This document shows, piece by piece, positions 28,194 to 37,692 of a stretch of 64,000 bases of DNA. Location: positions 28,361-92,360 of the forward strand of contig JAZSHY010000014.1 of NCBI GenBank assembly GCA_045533505.1, in the 5' to 3' direction. The notes under the pieces were generated by a model. The model worked only from the letters and a program-made list of their open reading frames with translations. It had not been told where the DNA came from and did no database searches. The position numbers were made by a program, and so were the translations under genes. Every line of letters starts with the position of its first letter. The first letter of the stretch is position 1. The DNA comes from Eubacteriales bacterium (GTDB lineage Bacteria > Bacillota > Clostridia > Oscillospirales > CAG-272).

Positions 28194-30080
28194 TTAGTCC
28201 TCAAGCTCGCCCTCAAGCGTCCACGTGACATACTGATACTCGGCAGGGTTGGGGACAAGAAGCTTCTGCACCTTTTCAAGCAGAACACACTCGCGGTAGT
28301 AGGTCTTGCTGTACGCATTGGCCTCGGTTTTTGCGGTGTCGCTCGCCATCACCTTCATCTCACCCTCCGACATCGTGCTGGCATAGTACATCTTGTACAT
28401 CGAAAGGTAGTAGGCCTCCTTGGCCTCGCGGAAGTTCTTCTTGTAGTCGCGGATTTCCTTGCCCGTAGCCGTGAGGTCATTTTCCCCCGCGATGGCAAAG
28501 AGGATAATCTTCTCTACAATAGCCTCGCGCACATCAGCCTCAATATAGGCACGGATGGCGGCCTTCTGCTCATCGGCAGTCTTCTTGGCGGCATCGTCGT
28601 CCTCATACACGGCACGGAGGATATATTCCTCAAGGCTCTTATAGGTCTTGCCGTCGGCATAGGTCGTGGCATAGGTGTTCTTGTGGTATGCCATCTGAGC
28701 ATCATACATCGCCTGCTTTTCGGACTCGGGGAGCTTCGCAATCACATCGCTCTTGCTGAAGCGCTCCACCACCTCGTTCCAAAGCGCGGTGCGCACCTTC
28801 TGCGCGTAGCTTTCGGCGTTATCCTTAATCGTCTTCTCGGAATCTCTGCGCATACCGGCCTCCACATAGTCTATATAGGCCTGCGCGTAGGCGGCGTCCT
28901 CGCTCGGGGTGAGCTCGGTGGGGGCGGCGAAATCCTCCTTGCCCTTCGTCAGCTCCTCCACCGTCGCACGGTTAAGCGAAAGCACAGCCTCGGGCGTGAG
29001 ACGGACAGTGAGCATGCCCTCGGACACCTTTTTGGTGGAGCCCGACGAATCCTTGTAGGAGAAGGTCATGCCCTTGAAGGGATAGGTGCTGTCCTCGTTG
29101 TCAAGGTCAATGGTGCCCACCTTCATCTCGGCGAGGAAGATGGATTTGAGGGTAATCTTGTAATGGGCGGGCTTTTCAGCGGTGGTGCTGTCCAGCGTAA
29201 GGCTCATATCGCCCTCTATCACCTCGCCCACCTTGGTGAGCGTGGCGGCCTTTGCGTTGATTTCGGTAATCAGGTCGGCATCTATCGTCTTCACCGAGGA
29301 ATCGGTGGCGGTGGTGGAGGTGAGAACCTCGGAGGCACCCGTGTAGTAGGTCTTACCCGCAGGCTGGGGTGTTGCGGGTTGATAGTAAAAGTCCTTCAGA
29401 GAGAGATAGTTCTTTTCGACATCCGGAGTGGTGACACCCGACGTATCGGTAACATCGGTCTTATAGGTGACCGAAACGTCAAGCACCAGCGTGCAGCCGG
29501 GGAGCTCGGAAATCAGGGTGTCTGCATCGGTACGGCGCACCACCGTGGTGCCAAACTCGGGAAATTCCTGCATATACTTCTCAATCATCTCGTTGAGGTC
29601 CTTGGTCCCGAGCGTTACCACGTCGGCCTCGGCAGGGTCCGCGTACATAACGTTCGACATAAGGACCACCTGAGGGTCTCCCTCGTTTTCGCCGGGGCCG
29701 AGAATTTCATAATAGAGATACACCGTATCGGCGAACGGAAGACTCGTCGTGATGTTGGCATCCGCGCCCGTTTTCTTGTAGGGCGTAAGCTGCTTAATGT
29801 TGACAAGGTTTTTGCCAACAGCTTCGGTCACATCCTCCTTGCTGACGGTGGTTTCAAGGCGTATCGGCAGCTTCATGAGCTCCGAAAGCTCGGTGCGAAT
29901 GACACCGTCCTTGAAGAAGGCGGCAAGGTCAACCCTGTCATAGCGGTAGCTATGGTCAACCGTCGTCCATACGATGCCGAAAATGAGCGCGGCAAGAAGG
30001 ACGATTGCCGTTACGATAACGGCAATTTTTGCGGGGCTTTTCTTTCCTCCCCGAGCCTGTGCATAAGCATTCTTTTTCAT
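28194..30080 (-). CDS. Membrane-anchored trigger-factor-like protein (degenerate FKBP core), paralog-like to 25952..27712
   Basis: 628 aa. N-terminal signal-anchor IAVIVTAIVLLAALIFGIVW. The C-terminal helical region (ALWNEVVERFSKSDVIAKLPESE..) parallels ALWEHIVGKVEVKEWPQELL of the neighbouring protein. The PPIase motif is poorly conserved. Confidence 0.7.
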   Translation of the reverse strand: MKKNAYAQARGGKKSPAKIAVIVTAIVLLAALIFGIVWTTVDHSYRYDRVDLAAFFKDGVIRTELSELMKLPIRLETTVSKEDVTEAVGKNLVNIKQLTPYKKTGADANITTSLPFADTVYLYYEILGPGENEGDPQVVLMSNVMYADPAEADVVTLGTKDLNEMIEKYMQEFPEFGTTVVRRTDADTLISELPGCTLVLDVSVTYKTDVTDTSGVTTPDVEKNYLSLKDFYYQPATPQPAGKTYYTGASEVLTSTTATDSSVKTIDADLITEINAKAATLTKVGEVIEGDMSLTLDSTTAEKPAHYKITLKSIFLAEMKVGTIDLDNEDSTYPFKGMTFSYKDSSGSTKKVSEGMLTVRLTPEAVLSLNRATVEELTKGKEDFAAPTELTPSEDAAYAQAYIDYVEAGMRRDSEKTIKDNAESYAQKVRTALWNEVVERFSKSDVIAKLPESEKQAMYDAQMAYHKNTYATTYADGKTYKSLEEYILRAVYEDDDAAKKTADEQKAAIRAYIEADVREAIVEKIILFAIAGENDLTATGKEIRDYKKNFREAKEAYYLSMYKMYYASTMSEGEMKVMASDTAKTEANAYSKTYYRECVLLEKVQKLLVPNPAEYQYVTWTLEGELED

Positions 30081-30121
30081 TTCTTCGTTTCCTCATCTAT
30101 AAAAATTTTTATTTGAAGCCG

Positions 30122-32035
30122 TCAATACTGCCCTTCGGGGTCGGGACAGCCGCCCGAAAGAAGCACCTCGATATCGCGGTATATCTTCTCTACCTCAGGT
30201 GCGAGGATATAGAAGAGACCGCCCTCGCTGCCTCCCTGCTCACACACCGTCACGAGCACGTGACGCGAGCTGTAGGGATAGAAGCGGTACACAAACTGTC
30301 TGTCACCGCGCACGGTAACGCGCATGGTGAGAACAGACTCGCCTGCCATCACCTCCGAAACAGGGGCCTCTCCGTCATAATCGCCCGAATAGTAGATGGT
30401 GACAAGATGCATGTAGAGCTTCTTGAAATACTCCACATTTACGGCGCGGCTGTCACCGAGATAGGTGACACCGTTCACCGAGAGCTTGCCGCTGTCATCT
30501 TCCTTCTGTGAGAGGGCAAAGGCATAGGACGCCGCCCGGTCACGGTAGGAGAAATCAAACTCCAGCTTTTTGACCTCATTGATTTTTACGGCAAACATGG
30601 TTTCCTCCAGCCAGAAGGACTCCTTCCTTTCAAGGAAGGAAAGGAGAGAGCCGTCCACCTTTGCGACAACATCGGCAAGCACGCTGCCGACAAAATAGGT
30701 TCCGTCGGCCTGCTTTTCGCTGATGTAAAGGTAGTTCGGCAGATACTGCTCGGCCTTCACATCGTTGCTGCCCGGAATACTCTCGACAATGAGCGGATTT
30801 TCATAATAGAGCGTATAGGCACCGAGCCCGTACTCCGAGATAAGCTCGGGGTGGCGTTCAAGGCCGATGGCAACAACCTCAAGGCATTCGAGCTGCCCGA
30901 GGGTTTCCAGCACCGTCATATAATGCGAGGAGTTCGGGGTGTAGCCCTTCTTGGAGGCGGGAGCCGAGATGGTATAGGCGCAGCCCGCATGGAAGCTGTC
31001 ACGCTCGGACTCGTTCAGATAATTGAGACGGAGGACGAGCTTATCCACACGGAGGATTTCCTCCACGCGGAATTCCACCGTTTTGCCTCGGTATTTTTCC
31101 TCGTGCGCCTCCTCGTTCGGATAGGTTATAGAGAAGGAGAAGCCACCCGAGCCAAGCCGTTTCCCCCCATCGCAAAACGCGGCGCGAACCTCGGGGACGG
31201 CGAGGTTCATATCGGTGGCGGCCTCCATCGGCGACGACACCACGCCGTCAATCACCTCCCGGTAACGGTAGGTGACGGTATCCTCGGCGGTGACGGTATA
31301 CTCAGACGCCATCGCACGGAAGAGGGTGAAATCCTTCATATAATAATAAGAATACGGCGAGAGGGCTGTGCCAAGCTTCTTGCTGACGAAGCTCGCCGCC
31401 TCGGAAAGGGCAGTGCTGCCAACGCTGGCCGTATGGCTGACGTACACCGTGTCGCGCCCCGCAACACGGACGTAATAGCCGTTGTCGGTCACGGCCCTGT
31501 CTCCGATATACACCCTCACGGGCTCTCCCTCAAGGGGGGTGATTTCAAACCATGGGAGGGCCGAAAGGTCAGAAAGACCGTAGTCGGCAAAATCAAGAGG
31601 CTGCCCCTGTGTTTCGGGCTCCTCGCTCAGGTTCTTCAGGTAATAGAAGGTGCCCGTCGCTACCACAAGCTCCGAGAAGCGCTCCTCGTCGTACGGAATG
31701 TGCCCGTACTCCACAAAGCTGCCTCCCTCCTCAAGAAAGAGGGCGAAATTGTCTCTCACGGTAGGAGCCGCCCCCTCCTCGCCCACACGGGCGAAGCGGT
31801 AGGTGCCCTTTTCGTTATGCACCGTGATGGAGAGCATCTCCTCACGGGGAATGGGCGGATAAAGGGTGCCCTTGTTGTAATGCGAGCCCTCGCCCTCACC
31901 CGTGACAACGGGAGGCACCGTGGTATCCTCGGGCTCTCTCGTCAGGGGCCTTACTACGGCGAAATACAGGATAAGCAGCAGGAGCGCGGCACCGAGAAGA
32001 AGGAGGGGAAGAAGTCTTTTTGTATGGGAATTCAT
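30122..32035 (-). CDS. DUF4340-like membrane-anchored protein
   Basis: Start moved to the ATG at 32035 (RBS AAGGAGGA), giving MNSHTKRLLPLLLLGAALLLLILYFAVV followed by a large extracytoplasmic body. It sits directly downstream of GldG-like genes, where DUF4340 proteins usually occur. Family assignment is by recollection only. Confidence 0.65.
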   Translation of the reverse strand: MNSHTKRLLPLLLLGAALLLLILYFAVVRPLTREPEDTTVPPVVTGEGEGSHYNKGTLYPPIPREEMLSITVHNEKGTYRFARVGEEGAAPTVRDNFALFLEEGGSFVEYGHIPYDEERFSELVVATGTFYYLKNLSEEPETQGQPLDFADYGLSDLSALPWFEITPLEGEPVRVYIGDRAVTDNGYYVRVAGRDTVYVSHTASVGSTALSEAASFVSKKLGTALSPYSYYYMKDFTLFRAMASEYTVTAEDTVTYRYREVIDGVVSSPMEAATDMNLAVPEVRAAFCDGGKRLGSGGFSFSITYPNEEAHEEKYRGKTVEFRVEEILRVDKLVLRLNYLNESERDSFHAGCAYTISAPASKKGYTPNSSHYMTVLETLGQLECLEVVAIGLERHPELISEYGLGAYTLYYENPLIVESIPGSNDVKAEQYLPNYLYISEKQADGTYFVGSVLADVVAKVDGSLLSFLERKESFWLEETMFAVKINEVKKLEFDFSYRDRAASYAFALSQKEDDSGKLSVNGVTYLGDSRAVNVEYFKKLYMHLVTIYYSGDYDGEAPVSEVMAGESVLTMRVTVRGDRQFVYRFYPYSSRHVLVTVCEQGGSEGGLFYILAPEVEKIYRDIEVLLSGGCPDPEGQY

Positions 32036-32048
32036 TCTGCTTTCCTCC

Positions 32049-33662
32049 TTATCGGTATTTCCTGCGCACGCACAGCACGGTTCCAACCGCCGCGAGGACC
32101 GGAACGGGCAGCAGCACGAGGAGAGTGTACAGCACCGTTGCGAGAGGGGTAAGGCCGTAATAGACACGTACCACCTTCCCGTCCTTATACACGGGCCTAT
32201 CCTCTGTCCCTATGGCGTCCGAATGCAGGTGCTTGCCGCCGTATTTATCCGAATTGATATTCAGACCGCCAAGCGCGTCGCTGGCGTATTTATCGGTGCG
32301 CGAGATAGAGCGAATGGCCGAAAAGAAGGTGTCGTAGTTGGCATAGTTCGGGTTATCGAGATATTCGGTCTCCACAAGCGCGGTGGAGGCGGCGCAGAAC
32401 ACGTAGGAGAAATAATCCCTCGTGTCCACCGTTCTCACCCGTGCGGTCATGCGCGCGAGGGCATAGCCGCCTCCCTCACCCGCAAGACGCCCCTCGCTGT
32501 CATAGAGCTTGGTGTCGGGGGAGGAATAGAACACGGCGGAGGTCATGGCCGACACGTGGTTTGAGATAAACTTAGTGCTTTCTATCCAGCTTGAAGCGAT
32601 GTGCCCGCTTTTCGGTATCACAACGCGGGGTGCGGTGGCAAGCCCCGATACGTCACCGAAGAGCGAATGGGCAAGCGAATCCTCCTCTGTGGGGTATTCG
32701 GCCCTCAGAATTTCGGGTGCCTCCTCGGCACGCCCGCCCTTCACCGTAAGGCCGTTCACAAACTGCATGCCAAACTCGCTGAGATATTCCTCAAGCGCAG
32801 GGAGAGAGACAGAGGGGTCCTTAAGCACCATAAGCGAGCCCGCACCGTCGAGATAGCGGTCAATCCTTTCCAGCGCCGGAAGCGAATCCACAAGGAACCA
32901 ATCCTCCCTTGCAGAGGCGTAGTCGGACGTCGGCCCGTTCATGATAAGCAGGGCGCAGTCCGAGGGAATCTCCTCCTCGTCAAGGCACACGGTGTCAACG
33001 GCAAGCCCCTCGTCGCGCAGCAGCTGCCAGAAGGCGCGCTGCCTCTCGTTTTCGGCATCCTCCGGGCGCGCGGGGTCATACACCCTCTCGCCGTGCCCCA
33101 CCGTGAAATACGCCACGGGGCGTTCGATGGCCGTCACGGAAAGCATGGCGGTTGCCATCTTGTATTCGCCGTTGAAGGCGAAGTAATTGCCTGTTGAGGA
33201 GTCCTTGCTCCAAAAGGCACTCGCCTTCAGCGTGCGGTAGCTTCTGTCACAGCTGACTATAACGTGGTTCCAGGATATCACCGTGGAGGAGGTGGTGCGG
33301 TATTCCTGCACCGCCGTCGGGTTGCTCGCGATGTCATAGGTCTTCACCGTGACGTTCGGCATGCGCTTCTCGATTTCCCTTGCCATAATATAGACGTAGC
33401 GGGTTTCATAATTCTCAAGAAGCACGTCGGGGTCGGCACAGAAGGTAATCGTGATATCGTCCTTGATTTTCCCTACCTCGGAAACAAAGTCGGAGGTCAG
33501 GGTATAGAGCCCCTCCTCTGTCATATCCGCATAGGAATTCCATCGGCTTTTAAGGAAGGCCGAGCCTACGCCGATGAGAAGGGTAGCCAAAAGCACGGCA
33601 AGTGACACAAGGGCCATTACCGTTTTGCGGCGGGGGCGCCGATTGGCAAAGGATGCTTTCAT
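32049..33662 (-). CDS. GldG-like ABC-transport auxiliary protein (copy 2)
   Basis: 537 aa with an N-terminal TM (MALVSLAVLLATLLIGV) and a C-terminal TM (LYTLLVLLPVPVLAAVGTV). The large periplasm-like domain has the ABC_transp_aux layout. Confidence 0.75.
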   Translation of the reverse strand: MKASFANRRPRRKTVMALVSLAVLLATLLIGVGSAFLKSRWNSYADMTEEGLYTLTSDFVSEVGKIKDDITITFCADPDVLLENYETRYVYIMAREIEKRMPNVTVKTYDIASNPTAVQEYRTTSSTVISWNHVIVSCDRSYRTLKASAFWSKDSSTGNYFAFNGEYKMATAMLSVTAIERPVAYFTVGHGERVYDPARPEDAENERQRAFWQLLRDEGLAVDTVCLDEEEIPSDCALLIMNGPTSDYASAREDWFLVDSLPALERIDRYLDGAGSLMVLKDPSVSLPALEEYLSEFGMQFVNGLTVKGGRAEEAPEILRAEYPTEEDSLAHSLFGDVSGLATAPRVVIPKSGHIASSWIESTKFISNHVSAMTSAVFYSSPDTKLYDSEGRLAGEGGGYALARMTARVRTVDTRDYFSYVFCAASTALVETEYLDNPNYANYDTFFSAIRSISRTDKYASDALGGLNINSDKYGGKHLHSDAIGTEDRPVYKDGKVVRVYYGLTPLATVLYTLLVLLPVPVLAAVGTVLCVRRKYR

Positions 33663-33672
33663 ACCATTCTCC

Positions 33673-35142
33673 TCAACGGGTTTTTCTTCGTATTACGCAA
33701 ATGCCTCCCACCGAAAGCACGGCAAGCGGCAAAACAACCGACAGAAGCACGGCGTAAAGGCGTGCCGTACCCATCGTCAAATCCTCAAGATGCCCTGTCT
33801 CCACCGCAAGAATGCGGCAGCCCACGGGGTTTTTCTCGCCCGAAGCAAGCTCAAGCGCCGCAAGCACCGTAGCACGGTTCTCGTAGGTGGCGGAATTGAG
33901 AACGTCATCTGCCAAAAGGTAGACGCCCGAGGAAAGCAGCACGGTGGCGGCTTTGCCCCCCTCTGCCTCGGCAGACGACACGGCAAGCACGGGATAGCTC
34001 CCCTCGCGGTCAACAAGAACGCCGCCCTCATAGCACTCAGCCGAGGGGGAGGAAAGGAGCAGAGGCTCGGCCTGCCAGCCTCCCACCGCACGGCAGGTGA
34101 TGGCAGAGGCCTCACGCACAACCGAATGCGACGAGGTATAGGCGCCGAGGCGCTCGGCAAGAGCCGCCGCGCGGGGGCCTTCGGCCATATCGGTCACAAG
34201 CGTGTAGCCGTCGGGGGTGAGGGAATTTTCGCTGTCGCGGATGACCGCCGTCCCTGCGGTGAGGCCGCGCTCGGCAAGAAAGCCGCGCAGGCCCTCAAGG
34301 TCGGCCTTGGCATAGGGGTCAAGCGACACGAAGAGTGAGCCGCCGCGCTCAAGGAACTCAGCAAGACGGTCAAGCTCCGAGCGGACGCCGGGGCCGGGAG
34401 CGCTGCGGTCAAAATCCCAGCGGGGGTTGGCTATCACAATCAGCTCCACCTCCTCGGGGATTTCCCCGTGCAGGTCCAGAACCGAAAGGTCATACCCCGA
34501 GGCAGTCAGGGTAGTGGCGAAGGCAAGCAGCTCGCCAAAGTTCTCGCCGTGGGTGGAGGTGAAGGCCGCCACGGGATGGCGGTCACTCAGCACCCAACGG
34601 ATGCAGGAAAGGCCGATTTCCTCACCGTTGTAGGCCGTGACGGTCTTTTCTTCATTCAGCACGAAGAAGGAGGAAAGGCTTTCCACGCGGAAGACCTCCT
34701 CGGCTCCCTGCCCTCTTACGAAAATGACGCTCTGCTCAGTAATGGGGTAAAGCTCCTCCCCCGTTTCGGGGTCCTCGCCCCGATAGGGCTTTACGGCACT
34801 CGGGTGGAGATAGATGTTGACAAATTCAACACTGAGAAAATCGTGCCGCGCCTCAAGCTGGCGGAAGGTGTTCAGGACGAGCGAATAGATGCTGTCCCCA
34901 AGAAGCTCCTCCTCAGGCATACAGAATATCACGCGCACCTCCTCCTCGTTCCCCGAAAACAGAGCCTCGGAGGCTGTGCCGATTTCATGCGTATATTGCT
35001 CGCTTGTATAGAGATACCAGCGGAAGCGCATGGCGAAGGCGTGGAAAATCACATTCAGAAGTATCAGGAGGGCAAGCACACCGCAAAGCATAAGGCGGGA
35101 CCTTTGCCTATGCCCCGAAAGCATTCGAAATTTCGTATCCAT
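33673..35142 (-). CDS. GldG-like ABC-transport auxiliary protein (copy 1)
   Basis: ATG at 35142, 2 nt after the permease stop and preceded by GGGGGT. It shows the same N-TM / large domain / C-TM layout as the next gene. Confidence 0.75.
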   Translation of the reverse strand: MDTKFRMLSGHRQRSRLMLCGVLALLILLNVIFHAFAMRFRWYLYTSEQYTHEIGTASEALFSGNEEEVRVIFCMPEEELLGDSIYSLVLNTFRQLEARHDFLSVEFVNIYLHPSAVKPYRGEDPETGEELYPITEQSVIFVRGQGAEEVFRVESLSSFFVLNEEKTVTAYNGEEIGLSCIRWVLSDRHPVAAFTSTHGENFGELLAFATTLTASGYDLSVLDLHGEIPEEVELIVIANPRWDFDRSAPGPGVRSELDRLAEFLERGGSLFVSLDPYAKADLEGLRGFLAERGLTAGTAVIRDSENSLTPDGYTLVTDMAEGPRAAALAERLGAYTSSHSVVREASAITCRAVGGWQAEPLLLSSPSAECYEGGVLVDREGSYPVLAVSSAEAEGGKAATVLLSSGVYLLADDVLNSATYENRATVLAALELASGEKNPVGCRILAVETGHLEDLTMGTARLYAVLLSVVLPLAVLSVGGICVIRRKTR

Positions 35143-35144
35143 TC

Positions 35145-35849
35145 TTACCCCCAACGGCGCTTATCAAACACACGCACTGTCAGATACAGGAAGGCTGCCG
35201 CGACGCTGAGGTAATAAAGAAGCGCGGAGAAATCAAACACCCCTTGGGTGAAGTTCTGGAAGCGGGCAAAGACCGAAATGCTTGAAAAAACAAAGCGAAT
35301 CCAATAGACGGGAATAAGGCTGTTGACAAGACTTATAAGCAAAAGGACAAGGAGAATGGCCACCGTGCCGATGGCGGCGGCAAGCTGGTTCTCGGTGAGA
35401 GCCGAGACGAAAAGCCCGATGGCGATAAAGGTCATGCCGAGAAGAAGCAGCGCGACAAGATTGCCGAAAAGCACCGCCGTCTTCACATCGGCATACAAAT
35501 AAAGGATAAAGAAGCTCGAAAACGAGGTAAGGGTGCAGGCGGCAAACAACGTGTAAGCGGCAAGGAACTTCCCGCCTACCATCGCATAGAGCGAAACGGG
35601 GGCCGTGAGAAGAAGCTGCTCGGTCTTTTGCTTGCGCTCCTCGCTGAAAAGCTTCATGGTGAGAATAGGCACAAGAATGACGAGAAGAACCAGCATATAG
35701 GTGAAGTAGCTCGTCACATCGGCAGTCATAGAAAAGAGAGTAGTATAGGAAAATACAGCTCCTGCCAGTGCAAGAAAGATGGCGCAGAAGACATAGCCGA
35801 TGGGTGTATGAAAATAGGTGGCAAGCTCACGCTTGTATATGGCAAACAT
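35145..35849 (-). CDS. ABC-2 type permease (GldF-like)
   Basis: 234 aa with ~6 hydrophobic helices. The N-terminus MFAIYKRELATYFHTPIGYVF is typical of ABC-2/GldF permeases. Confidence 0.85.
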   Translation of the reverse strand: MFAIYKRELATYFHTPIGYVFCAIFLALAGAVFSYTTLFSMTADVTSYFTYMLVLLVILVPILTMKLFSEERKQKTEQLLLTAPVSLYAMVGGKFLAAYTLFAACTLTSFSSFFILYLYADVKTAVLFGNLVALLLLGMTFIAIGLFVSALTENQLAAAIGTVAILLVLLLISLVNSLIPVYWIRFVFSSISVFARFQNFTQGVFDFSALLYYLSVAAAFLYLTVRVFDKRRWG

Positions 35850-35863
35850 ACAGGGAACCCTCC

Positions 35864-36874
35864 TTATTTCTTTTCTACGCCTTCCCGCCCGACAAGGGCA
35901 AGGAAGATGTCCTCAAGCTCGGCCCCCACGGGCTGAAGCCCGACAATCGGCCAGGAAGAGGCGGCACAAACACCGAAGACGGTGCGGCGCACGTCCACGC
36001 CGCGCTCAGATTCCACAAGCAGGACCGCCGCCTCACCCTCCCTCTCGGGGAGCAGCTCGCAGCGGGCAATGCCGTGCTTGGCGCGGAGGGCGCTCACAAT
36101 CTCGCGCCCCGGGCCGAGAATGGCATAACGGTAACGGGGGTTGTCCCCCACCGCGCGGCTCAGCGAATCGGTTGCCTCGTCGGCGATAAGACAGCCGCGG
36201 TCAATCACCACGATTCTCTCGCAAACGGCCTGAACCTCCGAGAGAATATGTGTCGAAAGAATGACGGTATGGCGGCGCCCAAGGGCGCGCAGAAGGCTCC
36301 TGACCTCAATAATCTGCTTCGGGTCAAGCCCGACTGTGGGCTCGTCGAAGATAAGCAGGGGCGGGTCGCCCACAAGTGCCTGGGCAATGCCGACACGCTG
36401 ACGGTAGCCCTTGGAAAGATTGCGGATAAGCCTCCCCCTGACATCGGTGAGGCGCACTGCCTTCACAATGTCGGCAAGATGCTCCTCCTTCGGGAGCGTG
36501 CAGCCCTTGAGCGCAAAGACAAAGGAAAGATACTCGTCCACCGTCATGTCGGGATACAGGGGCGGCTGCTCGGGCAGGTAACCGATTTTTCGCTTGGCGG
36601 CGAGGGGGTCCTCCAGCACATCAATCCCGTCAATGAGAACGCGCCCGCTGCTGGCGGAGAGGTAGCCCGTGAGAATATTCATCATCGTGCTCTTCCCCGC
36701 GCCGTTCGGCCCGAGAAGCCCGACAATCTGCCCGCGCCCCACGGTGAGATTGAAGGAGTCGAGAGCCGTGAGGCTCCCATAACGCTTGCAGAGATTTTCA
36801 AGACAGATGACAGGAGTCTCGTTTTTCTCGGTGAGCTCCGGGCTCTTGCCCTTTGCGGTGCTTGACTTTTTCAT
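35864..36874 (-). CDS. ABC transporter ATP-binding protein (GldA-like)
   Basis: Walker A GLLGPNGAGKST, signature LSKGYRQR, and Walker B LLIFDEPTVGLD. There is a ~100-aa C-terminal extension. Confidence 0.9.
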   Translation of the reverse strand: MKKSSTAKGKSPELTEKNETPVICLENLCKRYGSLTALDSFNLTVGRGQIVGLLGPNGAGKSTMMNILTGYLSASSGRVLIDGIDVLEDPLAAKRKIGYLPEQPPLYPDMTVDEYLSFVFALKGCTLPKEEHLADIVKAVRLTDVRGRLIRNLSKGYRQRVGIAQALVGDPPLLIFDEPTVGLDPKQIIEVRSLLRALGRRHTVILSTHILSEVQAVCERIVVIDRGCLIADEATDSLSRAVGDNPRYRYAILGPGREIVSALRAKHGIARCELLPEREGEAAVLLVESERGVDVRRTVFGVCAASSWPIVGLQPVGAELEDIFLALVGREGVEKK

Positions 36875-37244
36875 TGGCTTTGCGGCAACGGTGCCGCCTC
36901 CTTTCGCTGACCTCGGCAGGAGAGGGATGCGCCCCCTGTCGGGAACCCGGCTTCTCGCCCGGCTTTACCCCCGCGGCCAAGGGCGGGAGGGCCGCCTCGG
37001 CCTTCGGTTTTTATAGTATCTAAATAAAGAACTAAATATATTCTAATACAGTTTGATATGGTTACCGTACAAGTATAGCATACGATTATGAACGATTCGT
37101 GAATGAAGCGGCTTTTTCGCGTTATTTTCACAGCACACCCGACAAAAAGCCGCAGATTGCGCCGTCGGATAGGAGGCAGCGGCTCGGCGGGAAAGCCGCA
37201 CGGCGGAGAAGAAGGGGCAGGACGGAGGCGCTGTGGCGAAGGCG

Positions 37245-37418
37245 GGAGCACGGGCACCTCGCTTCACGGCAAAGGTACGAAAAGGAGCACGGGCACCTCA
37301 CTTCACGGCAAAGGTGCGAAAAGGAGCACAGGCACCTCGCTTCACGGCAAAGGTGCGAAAAGGAGCACAGGTCCCTCGCCGCACAGCGAAAAGCCTCGCA
37401 CAGCAAAAGTGCGAAAGG
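37245..37418. repeat. 39-bp tandem repeat: three near-perfect copies plus one degenerate copy
   Basis: Copies at 37245-37283, 37284-37322 and 37323-37361 read GGAGCAC(G/A)GGCACCTC(G/A)CTTCACGGCAAAGGT(A/G)CGAAAA. A decayed fourth copy runs to ~37418. Each unit contains the inverted repeat GCACCT(N13)AGGTGC. Confidence 0.85.
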
Positions 37419-37630
37419 GGTGACGCTCCGAAAGGCGCCTCGTAACAGACTTCTTGATTGTAATGTTTTCTTTGCGTTTTTCTCGCTTTATCCGCCTGTA
37501 TGCCGTCGTTTTGGTTCCCCCCGCCAGGGTGTACCGAAGCCTACCGCGGAAAAATTCCCCCATGAAGGAAGCGAGGCACAAAAAGCCGTAGGATATGCCG
37601 TGCCCTGCCGTCCCTTCCTCTCTTTTCCGC

Positions 37631-37659
37631 TTGACGAAGGGCACGCGCCCTTGTAGAAT
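37631..37659 (+). promoter_or_regulatory. Promoter-like TTGACG-17-TAGAAT
   Basis: TTGACG at 37631-37636, a 17-nt spacer, TAGAAT at 37654-37659. It lies 34 nt upstream of the 37693 ATG. Confidence 0.4.
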
Positions 37660-37692
37660 GGTATCAGACATATCTCCCGAAAGGAGCTTCTT

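Noticed and set aside
25943-30116. Very long + strand ORFs (25943..27862, 639 aa; 27627..30116, 829 aa) opposite the trigger-factor-like genes and rnhA.
   Set aside because: Their translations are low-complexity (rich in G/R/L/H, for example GGGGRRRGARR runs) with no motifs. They mirror well-supported minus-strand genes. These are typical antisense shadow ORFs of GC-rich DNA.
37245-37418. CRISPR array interpretation of the 39-bp repeats.
   Set aside because: The copies are directly adjacent with no unique spacers. No cas genes or leader are nearby. It is a plain tandem repeat.
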